A DNA stretch of 36,981 nt from Ruminococcaceae bacterium UBA5450 (GTDB taxonomy: Bacteria; Bacillota; Clostridia; Oscillospirales; Acutalibacteraceae): positions 1 through 36,981 of the forward strand of contig DIQY01000139.1 in assembly GCA_002424295.1 (NCBI GenBank), in the 5' to 3' direction. Below the pieces are notes generated by a model that was not told the DNA's origin, did no database searches, and saw only the letters and a program-made list of their open reading frames with translations. The translations under genes were made by a program, and so were the position numbers. This document shows, in pieces, positions 1-9,808 of the stretch (positions are counted from its first letter, which is position 1; each line of letters starts with the position of its first letter).

Positions 1-28
1 CTAAATAAAAATGATTGGATGGAACAGA

Positions 29-1696
29 ATGGGATTACAAAATGTCATGATGCTCCTGTGCGGACTTGGACTCTTCCTTTATGGTATGAATCTGATGGGT
101 GAAGGACTGGAACTTGCCGCCGGGTCGAAGCTCAAAAACATGATCGAGCGCCTGACTACAAATCGCTATGTTGGTGCATTAGTAGGATTAGCGGTTACCG
201 CCGTTATTCAGAGTTCCTCGGCAACTACCGTAATGGTGGTCGGTTTTGTTAATGCTGGTGTGATGTCGCTTTCCCAAGCAGCCGGCGTAATTATGGGCGC
301 TAATATTGGGACAACGGTTACAGGGCTTTTGATTGCAATTCGTCTGAATGATTTAGCTCCAATTGCAATCTTTTTGGGCGTGATTGGCGTTCTGTTTATT
401 AAGAAGCACAATCGCAAACATATTGCGCAAATTATTTTAGGATTTGGCATTTTGTTTTTCGGCATGACAAATATGAGTACAGCGATGGCTCCTCTGGCTC
501 AGGATCAAGGTTTCTGCAATCTTCTTGCCAGCTTGAGAAATCCGCTGTTAGGCCTCTTGGTTGGTTTGGGTGTTACGGCAATTATTCAAAGCTCATCTGC
601 TTCCATCGGTGTCTTGCAGGCATTGGCGTCTTCTGGCGCCATCGGATTGGGTTCTGCAGTATATGTCATTTTTGGTCAGAATATTGGTACCTGTGCAACG
701 GCTTTGCTGGCTTCTATTGGTACGACAAAGACTGCACGGCGTACAGCAATTGTACATTTGCTTTTTAATGTAATTGGTGCTGTTGCTTTTACCCTGATTT
801 CTTATTTTACTCCTTTTGTGTCGGTGATTGAGGGCTTTGCGCCGGACAACCCAATGATGCAGATTTCGTTAGTGCATATTTGCTTTAATGTGACGACAAC
901 GGCAGTTTTACTTCCGCTCTCCAATCACCTTGTAAATCTTGCTTGCCGTCTGGTACCCGGAGTAGACCAAAAACTCGAAGCAAGACGGCTGCAGTATCTG
1001 GACGAGCGTATTTTAAATACACCTCCAGTGGCAGTTAGCCAAGTGATCAAAGAAGTCATCCGTATGTCACAAATTGCACGCTCAAACTTCCTTTTGAGTA
1101 TGGATATGATTTATAAACGTGATGCGGATCGTATACCGGAACTGGAAGAAAATGAATCCATTCTTAACTTTTTGAATAAAGAAATTACTGCTTATCTGGT
1201 AAAGATCAATGGATTAGAGCTGGAAGATCAGGACCGTGAAACAATTGGCGCGATGTATCATGTGGTAAATGACATCGAAAGAATTGGCGATTACAGCGAA
1301 AACATTTCGGAAGAAGCTCAAATTGTAGCAGATGGGAAAGCGATTATGAGTGATGCGGCAATAGCGGAACTCAAACAACTGCAGGAAAAAGTGTTAACAG
1401 TATTTGATTCTTCTATAGAGCTTTTTGCAGACGGCGGTTCGAAGCAGGATCTTGGATTTGTAGTTAACAAAACAGAAGAACAAGTGGACGAGTTAACAGA
1501 ATATCTTAAAGTGAACCATATTGAACGTCTTAAGAGCGGAGAGTGTTCCCCTCAGTCTGGTTCGGTTTATAATGATTTGCTGATTAATTTGGAGAGAATT
1601 GCAGATCATGCTACTAATGTGGCATTTTCGGTCCATACCGGAAAACCTTTGGCGAAGTTGCCGGAATTAGCCATGGCAGGAACTGCAGCGAAATAA
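29..1696 (+). CDS. Na/Pi-cotransporter II-related protein (NptA/YjbB-like) with C-terminal PhoU-like helical domains
   Basis: Two repeats of the QSSSA...G(A/Q)NIGT motif (IQSSSATT/GANIGTT and IQSSSASI/GQNIGTC). Hydrophobic N-terminal half. PhoU-like DIERIGD and NLERIADH helices. ATG at 29 is preferred over 11 because GGATGG lies just upstream. Confidence 0.92.
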   Translation: MGLQNVMMLLCGLGLFLYGMNLMGEGLELAAGSKLKNMIERLTTNRYVGALVGLAVTAVIQSSSATTVMVVGFVNAGVMSLSQAAGVIMGANIGTTVTGLLIAIRLNDLAPIAIFLGVIGVLFIKKHNRKHIAQIILGFGILFFGMTNMSTAMAPLAQDQGFCNLLASLRNPLLGLLVGLGVTAIIQSSSASIGVLQALASSGAIGLGSAVYVIFGQNIGTCATALLASIGTTKTARRTAIVHLLFNVIGAVAFTLISYFTPFVSVIEGFAPDNPMMQISLVHICFNVTTTAVLLPLSNHLVNLACRLVPGVDQKLEARRLQYLDERILNTPPVAVSQVIKEVIRMSQIARSNFLLSMDMIYKRDADRIPELEENESILNFLNKEITAYLVKINGLELEDQDRETIGAMYHVVNDIERIGDYSENISEEAQIVADGKAIMSDAAIAELKQLQEKVLTVFDSSIELFADGGSKQDLGFVVNKTEEQVDELTEYLKVNHIERLKSGECSPQSGSVYNDLLINLERIADHATNVAFSVHTGKPLAKLPELAMAGTAAK

Positions 1697-1707
1697 TTCT
1701 TACAAAT

Positions 1708-1755
1708 AAAGGGACAGGATGAAAGATGGTTCGTTCTGTCTCTTTCTCTTTTTAT
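1708..1755 (+). terminator. Probable intrinsic terminator of the Na/Pi cotransporter gene
   Basis: AAAGGGACAGGA (1708-1719) pairs with TTCTGTCTCTTT (1734-1745) using G-U pairs, followed by a T-rich run. Confidence 0.6.
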
Positions 1756-1815
1756 TTTATGAAATTCATGGTACAATAAAGCTGATAATTGATTTCGTAA
1801 AAGGGAGGCGAAAAA

Positions 1816-2304
1816 TTGAAATTCTACTTTAGGCGTGACAGCGGAGATAACATGGCGTATTGCGTTTATGAGGAAAGTGGGAAACCGGCTTTTTTGATTA
1901 AAACCAATGGGCAGCAGCTGGGGCTCAGATTGATTATAACGACGCCACAAGAGATACCAGTTGCCAGACTTCGTATTTTGGGAATGAGAGAACTTTATCA
2001 TTGTGGGATTTCAATAGAAGGGCAGACTGGAATGCAGGTCGTTTTAAATCCGGTTTCCAGACAGCATCCGGTTCGTATCCGGGGAAGAGATTGGAGATTT
2101 CGTGGGAATCTCATTGATCGCAGTTTTGATTTTGTGGATTCTAGTACGTCATTGATCATGACACATTCGTCGGCTTACGGCGTTTCTGGAAATGATTATG
2201 TGATTGTTGTGCCAGATGAACGTCATGCCTTGGAAGCTGTCTGCATCGCTGCTGCAGTGGATTGTCAAGAACAGATTTTGCAGCCTGCGCCGCTTCCCGT
2301 ATAA
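1816..2304 (+). CDS. Hypothetical protein, probably LURP-one/Tubby C-terminal-like (YxjI-related) beta-barrel
   Basis: Strong RBS AAGGGAGG (1801-1808) before TTG. Pattern 'Y.V.EESGKPAF', 'WRFRGNLIDRSFDF', 'DYVIVV' and a terminal helix 'AVCIAAAVD' resembles LURP-one proteins. Family call is by eye. Confidence 0.6.
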   Translation: MKFYFRRDSGDNMAYCVYEESGKPAFLIKTNGQQLGLRLIITTPQEIPVARLRILGMRELYHCGISIEGQTGMQVVLNPVSRQHPVRIRGRDWRFRGNLIDRSFDFVDSSTSLIMTHSSAYGVSGNDYVIVVPDERHALEAVCIAAAVDCQEQILQPAPLPV

Positions 2305-2340
2305 CTTTTTAAAAATTTTGCATGCATTTGTCTTATAACA

Positions 2341-2368
2341 GGGGGCTCTCAGTAAAATGAGAGCCCCC
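2341..2368. terminator. Hairpin/terminator between convergent genes
   Basis: Perfect 11-bp inverted repeat GGGGGCTCTCA-GTAAAA-TGAGAGCCCCC, followed by TATATTTT on the + strand. Confidence 0.8.
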
Positions 2369-2403
2369 TATATTTTAACGTCATTCATAGATTTACTGGT
2401 TTA

Positions 2404-3084
2404 TTAATATTCAATACTTTTGATGGCTGGGACGTCTTTTAACAACTTAATAACGTCTTCAGCATTATAAGCGGCCGGATAACGAACTAGAAGCGCAATT
2501 TCGAGCTTTTGTGGGGAGAGCCGCTTTGTCTGAAGACTGGTAATTTCGATGTGGTGCCTTTCGAAAATTTCTGAAAATAAAGTATGAATATCTTCATCGG
2601 TCGAGACTTCAAGAACCAGTTTTTCAAAAATGGGTTCTTGAGAAACTTTTTTATTGTGAAGTAAAAATAACTGGACAGCTACAATTAAAATAGAAGCGGC
2701 AATGCCTAGAAGATACATGCCTGCACCAAGTGCACAGCCGACCCCCACGGTTGCCCATAACCCGGAGGCAGTTGTAACTCCGGTAACATTTTCTTTTCGA
2801 ACAAAAATGACGCCGGCGCCGAGAAATCCGATAGCGGTGACAACACCCGCTGTAATTCTGGATGGATCAAGCGAAATTCCTTTCTCGCCGATCAGGTCGG
2901 AAAATCCATATTTAGAAGTCAGAGTCATCAGGGCAGAAGCCATTGCAACAACGGCGTGAGTGCGCATCCCGACTGTTTTAGTATGATTGGAGGATTGGTC
3001 ATGGCCAATTATACAGCCGCATAAAGCTGCCAAAAACAAACGCAGTAAATATTCTCCCTGAATAATCCAAAAATTCTCCTCCAT
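2404..3084 (-). CDS. MgtC/SapB family membrane protein with C-terminal ACT-like domain
   Basis: Motifs LRL.LAAL.G..IG, GMRTH, DPSRI.AGVV..IGFLGAG and GVTTA..LW.T..VG...GAG. RBS AAGGAGG upstream. Confidence 0.9.
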   Translation of the reverse strand: MEENFWIIQGEYLLRLFLAALCGCIIGHDQSSNHTKTVGMRTHAVVAMASALMTLTSKYGFSDLIGEKGISLDPSRITAGVVTAIGFLGAGVIFVRKENVTGVTTASGLWATVGVGCALGAGMYLLGIAASILIVAVQLFLLHNKKVSQEPIFEKLVLEVSTDEDIHTLFSEIFERHHIEITSLQTKRLSPQKLEIALLVRYPAAYNAEDVIKLLKDVPAIKSIEY

Positions 3085-3156
3085 CGTGGTGACCTCCTTT
3101 TATATTTTTCTATATTATAACATGGTTTGAGAGAATTTGTGCTAAGTAATCGAATC

Positions 3157-3185
3157 TTGACACAGATCTGTTTTTCGCGTATAAT
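3157..3185 (+). promoter_or_regulatory. Consensus sigma-A promoter for the T-box-valS leader
   Basis: TTGACA (3157-3162), 17-nt spacer, TATAAT (3180-3185). Confidence 0.9.
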
Positions 3186-3221
3186 ACTTAATATTATTGA
3201 GGACAATATTAAATGATATAC

Positions 3222-3476
3222 AAAGACAAAGATGGGGAAAAAGGCAAAAGATTTCTATTTTCAGAAAGTCGGCGGATGATGTGAGCCGATATTGTGCTTT
3301 TGCGAATCAGTCGCCCCGGAGTTGTTTCGCTGAATCAACATTAAGCGAGACCGAATGAAAGACTTTCGCGTTAAGAAAGAGAGGGCTTTCAAAGCCGAAT
3401 GCGGGTGGTACCGCGGATCTTTTGTTACAGATTCGCCCCGGATACAGAAAAAACTGTATCCGGGGTTTTTATTTTT
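3222..3476 (+). ncRNA. T-box riboswitch (Val) with intrinsic terminator
   Basis: T-box AATGCGGGTGGTACCGCG (3398-3415). Stem I has GGGG/CCCC, GCAAAAG/CTTTTGC and apical TCGGC/GCCGA. Candidate specifier GTC (Val) at 3310-3312. Terminator CCCCGGATACAG/CTGTATCCGGGG plus T-run (3436-3476) overlaps the antiterminator 3' strand. Lies directly upstream of valS. Confidence 0.93.
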
Positions 3477-3514
3477 AAGGATTAATTTATAAAAAGTGGT
3501 TGGAGGAATAACTG

Positions 3515-6139
3515 ATGAGCAGAGATATCGCAAAGTCTTATGATCCCGGAGAAGTGGAAGATCGAATCTACGATTTCTGGGAGAAGGGAAATTATTTTCA
3601 TGCGGAACCTGATCCAAAGAAAGAGCCGTATACGATTGTGATTCCGCCACCAAATATTACGGGACAACTTCATATGGGGCATGCCATGGATGAGACGCTC
3701 CAAGATGTTCTGATTCGCTGGCGTCGGATGCAGGGACGCTGTGCATTGTGGCTCCCCGGAACGGACCATGCTTCTATTGCAACCGAAGCAAAAATTGTGG
3801 AAGCAATGCGCAAAGAGGGAATTACAAAAGAAGAAATTGGACGGGAAGCATTTTTAGAGCGTGCATGGGCTTGGAAGGAAAAGTTTGGCGGAAGAATTGT
3901 CGAACAGCTTCGTAAATTAGGCTCTTCCTGTGATTGGCAGCGCGAACGTTTTACGCTGGACGAAGGCTGCAGTAAAGCGGTACGGGAAGTCTTTGTGCGC
4001 CTTTATGAAAAAGGCTTGATCTATCGCGGAGAACGGATTATCAACTGGTGTCCGCACTGCAAGACTTCTATTTCTGATGCAGAAGTGGAGTTCAGCGAAA
4101 AAGACGGGTCTTTCTGGCATGTTCGTTATCCATTTAAAGACGGCAGCGGCTATCTGGAGTTTGCGACGACTCGTCCGGAAACAATGCTGGGAGATACGGC
4201 GGTAGCGGTGCATCCAGAAGACGATCGTTATCGTGATTTGGTTGGCAAGACGCTGATTTTGCCGCTTGTCGGCAGAGAGATTCCGGTCATTGCGGACGAA
4301 TACGTTGAGCGGGATTTCGGAACCGGTGTTGTGAAAATTACACCTGCCCATGATCCGAACGACTTTGAAGTTGGCCTGCGGCATCATCTTCCGGTCATCA
4401 ATATTATGAATGATGATGGTTCCATCAATGAAAACGGCGGCAAATACTGCGGAATGAGTGGGATGGAAGCTCGTAAGCAGATTGTCAAAGAACTTGACGA
4501 ACAAGGATACCTTGTCAGCATTGAGCCGATCAAGCATAATGTGGGCACTTGTTATCGCTGCCATACTGTGATTGAACCGCGGGTGAGCAAGCAGTGGTTT
4601 GTGAAGATGGAACCTCTTGCAAAACCGGCCATTGAGGCGGTGCGCAGCCATGAAGTTCGTTTTATCCCGGAACGTATGGAAAAAGTTTATTATAATTGGA
4701 TGGAAAACATCAAGGATTGGTGTATTTCCCGTCAGCTCTGGTGGGGACATCGGATTCCGGCATGGTATTGTGATGACTGCGGAGAAGTTACGGTAGCTCG
4801 TGAAACGCCGAGTGCTTGTTCAAAATGCGGCAGTAAGCATCTACATCAAGATGAGGATACGCTCGATACATGGTTCAGCTCTGCTTTATGGCCGTTCAGC
4901 ACGCTTGGGTGGCCGGATCAGACAGAAGATCTTAAATATTTTTATCCGACCAATACATTGGTGACCGGCTATGATATTATTTTCTTCTGGGTTGCAAGAA
5001 TGATTTTCTCCGGAATTGAGGATATGGGAGAAGTACCATTTAAAACTGTCTTTTTCCACGGACTTGTTCGGGATTCGCAGGGGCGTAAGATGAGTAAGTC
5101 TCTGGGGAACGGAATTGACCCGTTGGAAGTGATCCAGAAATACGGTGCTGATGCTTTGCGCTTTACGCTGGTAACGGGAATCAGCCCCGGAAATGATACT
5201 CGCTTTTCGGCTGAGCGTGTGGAAGCAAGCCGTAATTTTGCAAATAAGATCTGGAATGCTGCCCGTTTTACACTGATGAATATTGATGGGTATGAAGTGC
5301 CAAATTGCCTTCCGGAAACGTTGACAATAGAAGACAAGTGGATTTTGAATTCCTTCAATCAGCTGTGCCTCCAAGTGAATGATAATCTGGAAAAGTTTGA
5401 GTTGGGTATCGCGGCGCAGAAACTTCACGATTTTATCTGGGATCAGTTCTGTGATTGGTATGTGGAAATTTCTAAAATCCGCTTGCAGGGAGACGATGAA
5501 AAAGCAGCGCAGAATGTGCGTCAGGTGCTCTGCTGGGTGCTGACCAAAACTTTAGCGCTTCTTCACCCGTTTATGCCGTATCTGACGGAGGAAATCTGGC
5601 AGAGTTTACCGCATAAGGGAGAAGCTCTTGTGGTTGCAGAATATCCGCAGTATGACAAGAGCCTTTCATTCCCGACAGAGGCTGCACAGATGGAAATCGT
5701 CATGGATGCCGTGCGTGCCATTCGTAACCGCCGCAGTGAGATGAATGTTCCGCCAAGCAGAAAGGCGAAGCTTTATATTGCAACAGCGCAGAAGGCAGAA
5801 TTCGAAGCGGGAACCAAAGTGTTTGAGCGCCTTGCTTCTGCAAGTTCCATCGAGGTCTCAGATTCATTTGATCTTGCCGGGGCTGTTACGATCGTCACCA
5901 GCCATGCGAAAATTTATATTGAAATGGACGAACTGGTGGATCGTAAGGCTGAGATTAGCCGTTTGAAAAAGGAATTGGAAACTGTTACGAAAGGCTATAA
6001 CAGCGCGAAAGCGAAGCTTAATAATGAGAAATTTATGCAGAAAGCACCGCAGAATGTAATTGATGGTGTGCATGACAATATGGAAAAATTAGAAAAACGT
6101 ATGACGCTGATTCAGTCCAGTCTTTCTGCGTTGGAGTAA
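3515..6139 (+). CDS. valS: Valine--tRNA ligase
   Basis: [13 protein letters not shown] (HIGH), [26 protein letters not shown] motifs and a C-terminal coiled-coil arm. 874 aa. Confidence 0.99.
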   Translation: MSRDIAKSYDPGEVEDRIYDFWEKGNYFHAEPDPKKEPYTIVIPPPNITGQLHMGHAMDETLQDVLIRWRRMQGRCALWLPGTDHASIATEAKIVEAMRKEGITKEEIGREAFLERAWAWKEKFGGRIVEQLRKLGSSCDWQRERFTLDEGCSKAVREVFVRLYEKGLIYRGERIINWCPHCKTSISDAEVEFSEKDGSFWHVRYPFKDGSGYLEFATTRPETMLGDTAVAVHPEDDRYRDLVGKTLILPLVGREIPVIADEYVERDFGTGVVKITPAHDPNDFEVGLRHHLPVINIMNDDGSINENGGKYCGMSGMEARKQIVKELDEQGYLVSIEPIKHNVGTCYRCHTVIEPRVSKQWFVKMEPLAKPAIEAVRSHEVRFIPERMEKVYYNWMENIKDWCISRQLWWGHRIPAWYCDDCGEVTVARETPSACSKCGSKHLHQDEDTLDTWFSSALWPFSTLGWPDQTEDLKYFYPTNTLVTGYDIIFFWVARMIFSGIEDMGEVPFKTVFFHGLVRDSQGRKMSKSLGNGIDPLEVIQKYGADALRFTLVTGISPGNDTRFSAERVEASRNFANKIWNAARFTLMNIDGYEVPNCLPETLTIEDKWILNSFNQLCLQVNDNLEKFELGIAAQKLHDFIWDQFCDWYVEISKIRLQGDDEKAAQNVRQVLCWVLTKTLALLHPFMPYLTEEIWQSLPHKGEALVVAEYPQYDKSLSFPTEAAQMEIVMDAVRAIRNRRSEMNVPPSRKAKLYIATAQKAEFEAGTKVFERLASASSIEVSDSFDLAGAVTIVTSHAKIYIEMDELVDRKAEISRLKKELETVTKGYNSAKAKLNNEKFMQKAPQNVIDGVHDNMEKLEKRMTLIQSSLSALE

Positions 6140-6162
6140 GTAAAAAGGAGGAGAAATTTTCG

Positions 6163-7455
6163 ATGACCTACGAACAGGCGGTGGAGCAGATCGATTCTCT
6201 GCCGCGCTTTGGGTTAACGCCGGACCTCGATCATATGCGGATTTTGCTGTCACGAATCGGAAATCCGCAAAATGCGCTGCAATTTATTCATGTGGCCGGG
6301 ACGAATGGCAAGGGTTCAACTTGTGCGATGATCGCTTCTGTTTTGCGTAAATCTCACTATCGGGTCGGCTTGTTTATTTCTCCTCATATCAGTGATTTTT
6401 GCGAGCGAATTCAGGTAAACGGGGGCATGATTTTGCATCGGAATTTGGTTCAGCTAACGGAAGACCTCATGACGATTGTAAGACAGCTTGCTGACGAAGG
6501 AATCATCATCACGGAATTTGAGATGATTACCGCGATGGGACTTTGGTGGTTTCAGCAGCAAAAATGTGAGATCGTTGTTTTGGAAGTTGGCCTTGGGGGA
6601 CGTCTTGACGCGACAAATGTAATTGAAAAACCACTTTGCTCTGTCATTACACACCTTGCTTTGGATCATACTTCGATTCTTGGAGATACAATCGGGCAGA
6701 TTGCCTATGAAAAATGCGGGATTATCAAAGAAGGCGGCGTGACGGTCTGCTATCCGGAACAGGAGCCTCAAGCAATGGAGGTCATCCGAAAGATTGCTGA
6801 GGAGCGGCATAACCGCCTGATCGTTGCAGATCCTTCCGAGATTCAGCTTCTTTCAGAGGAATTGTCCGGTACGGTTTTTGGATATCGCGGCATGATGATT
6901 CATCTTCCGCTTTTAGGAGATCATCAGATTCGAAACGCATGTACGGTACTCGCTGTACTCCGTTATCTGAAAGAAGATATTCAGATGCATATTAGTGAGC
7001 ATAGTTTAACTGCCGGATTTTTAGCAGTATCGATGCCTGCGCGGTTTGAAATTATTCGGGAAAGGCCGCTTTGTATTTTGGATGGCGGTCATAATCCGGA
7101 TGGTATGCAGTCCCTTGCAAGAGCACTCAAAAGATATCTGCCCGGAAAGCGGTTAGTCGCCGTAACAGGGATGATGAAGGATAAAGATGTGCTCCATGCG
7201 ATTGAAACATGCAAAGATGTTTTTAGCGAAGTAATTACGCTTCCGGTGGAAAGTCCGCGGTCTATGTCGGCCGAGGAGCTTGCGGAATGCTGGAGAAAGA
7301 TCGGCGTTTCAGCTCAGGTGGGGGAGTATCCCGAACAGGCTATCGCTATGGCGGTGGACATGGCAGGAAAGGATGGCGCCACGGTGATCTGTGGGTCTCT
7401 GTATCTTGCGGGAGAACTGCGTCGAACGGCGATCGACCTCCTGAGATTGCTGTAA
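6163..7455 (+). CDS. folC: Bifunctional folylpolyglutamate synthase/dihydrofolate synthase
   Basis: IHVAGTNGKGST, EVGLGGRLDATN, LDGGHN, GSLYLAG motifs. Classic valS-folC adjacency. Confidence 0.97.
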   Translation: MTYEQAVEQIDSLPRFGLTPDLDHMRILLSRIGNPQNALQFIHVAGTNGKGSTCAMIASVLRKSHYRVGLFISPHISDFCERIQVNGGMILHRNLVQLTEDLMTIVRQLADEGIIITEFEMITAMGLWWFQQQKCEIVVLEVGLGGRLDATNVIEKPLCSVITHLALDHTSILGDTIGQIAYEKCGIIKEGGVTVCYPEQEPQAMEVIRKIAEERHNRLIVADPSEIQLLSEELSGTVFGYRGMMIHLPLLGDHQIRNACTVLAVLRYLKEDIQMHISEHSLTAGFLAVSMPARFEIIRERPLCILDGGHNPDGMQSLARALKRYLPGKRLVAVTGMMKDKDVLHAIETCKDVFSEVITLPVESPRSMSAEELAECWRKIGVSAQVGEYPEQAIAMAVDMAGKDGATVICGSLYLAGELRRTAIDLLRLL

Positions 7456-7477
7456 AGTTAATTAAGAAAATTTGTAT

Positions 7478-7538
7478 AAAAAAAGGCCATGAGCCGGTAT
7501 CAAACGAGGGAAATACCAACTCATGGCCTTTTTATTTT
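7478..7538. terminator. Bidirectional terminator between folC and cysK
   Basis: AAAAAGGCCATGAG ... CTCATGGCCTTTTT with inner GGTAT/ATACC, an A-run on the left and a T-run on the right. Confidence 0.8.
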
Positions 7539-7573
7539 ATGATTTTAATTTTTTACTTATGTTTGGAACTTTA

Positions 7574-8506
7574 TTAGTCCTGGAAAAGCGGTGTTGAAAG
7601 ATAGCGGTCTCCGGTATCAGGCAAAAGAGCAACAATGGTCTTGCCTTCATTTTCGGGACGCTGAGCAAGTTCCAGTGCGGCAGATACGGCAGCACCAGAA
7701 GAAATACCAACGAGAAGACCTTCTTTTTTAGCGAGTTCTTTGCCGATGATGAAGGCATCTTCATTTTCGACCGCAATGATTTCGTTGTAAATTTTAGTAT
7801 CCAGAGTATCAGGAACAAATCCGGCGCCGATCCCCTGAATCTTGTGCGGACCGCCGTGACCTTTGCTTAAAACCGGGCTGGAAGCCGGCTCGACTGCAAT
7901 CACCTGTACGTTCGGATTTTGCTCCTTCAGGTATTTTCCGGTTCCAGAAAGAGTTCCGCCGGTACCGACACCTGCGATAAAGAAATCCACTTTTCCATCG
8001 GTGTCTGCCCAGATTTCAGGGCCGGTCGTTTCGTAATGAGCAGCAGGGTTAGACGGGTTTACAAACTGCCCCGGAATATAGGCATTTGGAATCGTTTTTG
8101 CAAGCTCATCTGCTTTTGCAATCGCGCCTTTCATTCCGGCGGCACCATCAGTTAACACAAGTTCTGCACCGTAGGCTTTTAAAAGGCTGCGACGCTCTAT
8201 GCTCATTGTCTCCGGCATTGTCAAAATGATTCGATATCCACGCGTAGCTGCAACGCTGGCAAGACCAATACCAGTATTGCCGCTGGTTGGCTCAATGATT
8301 ACAGAGTCAGCCTTGAGTTTTCCGGAGTCTTCTGCATCTTTGATCATGCGCAGTGCAATACGGTCTTTTACACTTCCTGCGGGATTTAAATATTCCAGTT
8401 TTGCAAGAATGTGTGCCTTTAGGTGATGGACTTTTTCAAAATTGGTCAATTCCAAAAGCGGTGTTTTTCCAACCAACTCGGTTAGACTTTTATAAATTTT
8501 TGCCAT
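7574..8506 (-). CDS. cysK: Cysteine synthase A (O-acetylserine sulfhydrylase)
   Basis: [14 protein letters not shown] (PLP lysine), [33 protein letters not shown] motifs. Confidence 0.98.
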   Translation of the reverse strand: MAKIYKSLTELVGKTPLLELTNFEKVHHLKAHILAKLEYLNPAGSVKDRIALRMIKDAEDSGKLKADSVIIEPTSGNTGIGLASVAATRGYRIILTMPETMSIERRSLLKAYGAELVLTDGAAGMKGAIAKADELAKTIPNAYIPGQFVNPSNPAAHYETTGPEIWADTDGKVDFFIAGVGTGGTLSGTGKYLKEQNPNVQVIAVEPASSPVLSKGHGGPHKIQGIGAGFVPDTLDTKIYNEIIAVENEDAFIIGKELAKKEGLLVGISSGAAVSAALELAQRPENEGKTIVALLPDTGDRYLSTPLFQD

Positions 8507-8526
8507 TGCAATCCCTCCAACATATT

Positions 8527-8579
8527 ATTCATATATGATTAGTATGTATTAATAATATCACCTTTTTCAGAATTGTCAA
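8527..8579 (-). promoter_or_regulatory. cysK sigma-A promoter with a putative operator palindrome (CymR/Rrf2-like)
   Basis: On the minus strand: TTGACA (8579-8574), 16 nt, extended -10 TGA-TATTAT (8560-8552). Imperfect inverted repeat ATTCATAT-N7-GTATGTAT (8527-8549) lies immediately downstream of the -10. Confidence 0.6.
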
Positions 8580-8830
8580 TAGCTTTTTTGAAATAATCAG
8601 TAAATTTAAAAGAAGAAGAGTTAGAAACGAAAAGCGGTCATGAATTCTGATGAATATTGCTTGTTCACGCTTTTGAAACATGATATAATAAATTGTTATA
8701 AAGAAAGGGTGCATTGTAATCACGATCGGATAGTAAGGATTGATGGTGTATTCTTAAAAATTTACAGCACCGATTTTTGGCTAAAATAGGTGCTTTTTAT
8801 GATTTCGGAATGATGAGAGAGGCTTTTTGG

Positions 8831-9769
8831 ATGGATAGTTTTTGGGTTGCGCTAAATGCAGTAATGCCATTTTTGCTGTATATTGCTTTTGGATACGGAG
8901 TTCAGCATACAAAATTGGTAGATGAAGAGTTTTTAAATCGACTGAATGCGATGGTTTTTAAATGTTTCTTCCCAATTTTGATGTTTTATAATGTTTATAA
9001 AACAAAAGCGGGATTTCAGCTTGATACAAACTTGGTTATTTACGCATTGCTTAGTTTATTGATTGTTGTGGTATTGCTCGTTTTGATTGTACCACGGCTG
9101 GTGAAAGAGAATCCGGTACGCGGCGTCGTGATTCAAGCAATTTACCGCAGTAATTTTGTGCTATTTGGTGTGGCATTGACGGTTTCTGTTTATGGAGAAG
9201 ATCAAGCTTCTTTAGCCGCTATTTTAGTTTCTATTGTGATTCCTGCTTATAATGTAATTGCCGTTATTGTTTTCGAAATGTTTCGCGGAAGAAAACCGAA
9301 TCCAAAACAGTTAATTAAGAATATCATTACAAATCCGCTGATTCTAGGTGCTTTATGTGGACTTGCATTTTATCTTTTGGGGATTCATCTCCCGGATGCT
9401 CTCGAAAAAACAGTTGCACAATTTTCTGACCTGACGACTCCGATAGCATTATTTACATTAGGAGGTACGCTGCATTTTTCCGATATGGCTCGTAATGCGA
9501 AAGTGTTGACAATTGGACTTCTTACAAAATTGATTTTGCTTCCGGCAGTCATTCTAGGAATTGCTGTTGTGATTGGTTTTCGGGGACCGGAGCTTTTCGA
9601 GTTACTTGTTATGTATGGTGCACCAGTTGCAACGGCATCCTATGCAATGGCACAGAACATGGGTGGAGATGGAAAACTGGCAGGGCAGTTTGTAGTGATT
9701 AGTACAGTGGCTTCGGTTCTTACGATCTTTTTCTGGATTTTTTCACTTAGAAACATGCAGCTCATTTAA
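8831..9769 (+). CDS. AEC (auxin efflux carrier/malate permease-like) family transporter
   Basis: About 10 hydrophobic segments with the motifs RSNFVLFG, NPLILG, TPIALFTLGG and PVATASY.MA..MGGD..LA. ATG at 8831 follows GAGAGAGG; the ORF-track start at 8777 is likely too long. Confidence 0.88.
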   Translation: MDSFWVALNAVMPFLLYIAFGYGVQHTKLVDEEFLNRLNAMVFKCFFPILMFYNVYKTKAGFQLDTNLVIYALLSLLIVVVLLVLIVPRLVKENPVRGVVIQAIYRSNFVLFGVALTVSVYGEDQASLAAILVSIVIPAYNVIAVIVFEMFRGRKPNPKQLIKNIITNPLILGALCGLAFYLLGIHLPDALEKTVAQFSDLTTPIALFTLGGTLHFSDMARNAKVLTIGLLTKLILLPAVILGIAVVIGFRGPELFELLVMYGAPVATASYAMAQNMGGDGKLAGQFVVISTVASVLTIFFWIFSLRNMQLI

Positions 9770-9808
9770 CTTAAGATTAAAGTTAAGAGTACAAGAAAGA
9801 AAAATAAT

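Noticed and set aside
3917-4750. 277-aa antisense ORF (and others at 4886-5428) inside valS
   Set aside because: Fully antisense to a conserved essential gene with no recognisable motifs; a typical codon-bias shadow ORF.
8540-9800. AT-rich stretch suggesting horizontal transfer
   Set aside because: Explained by intergenic DNA plus a T-rich membrane-protein gene; no integrase, IS, tRNA or flanking direct repeats seen.
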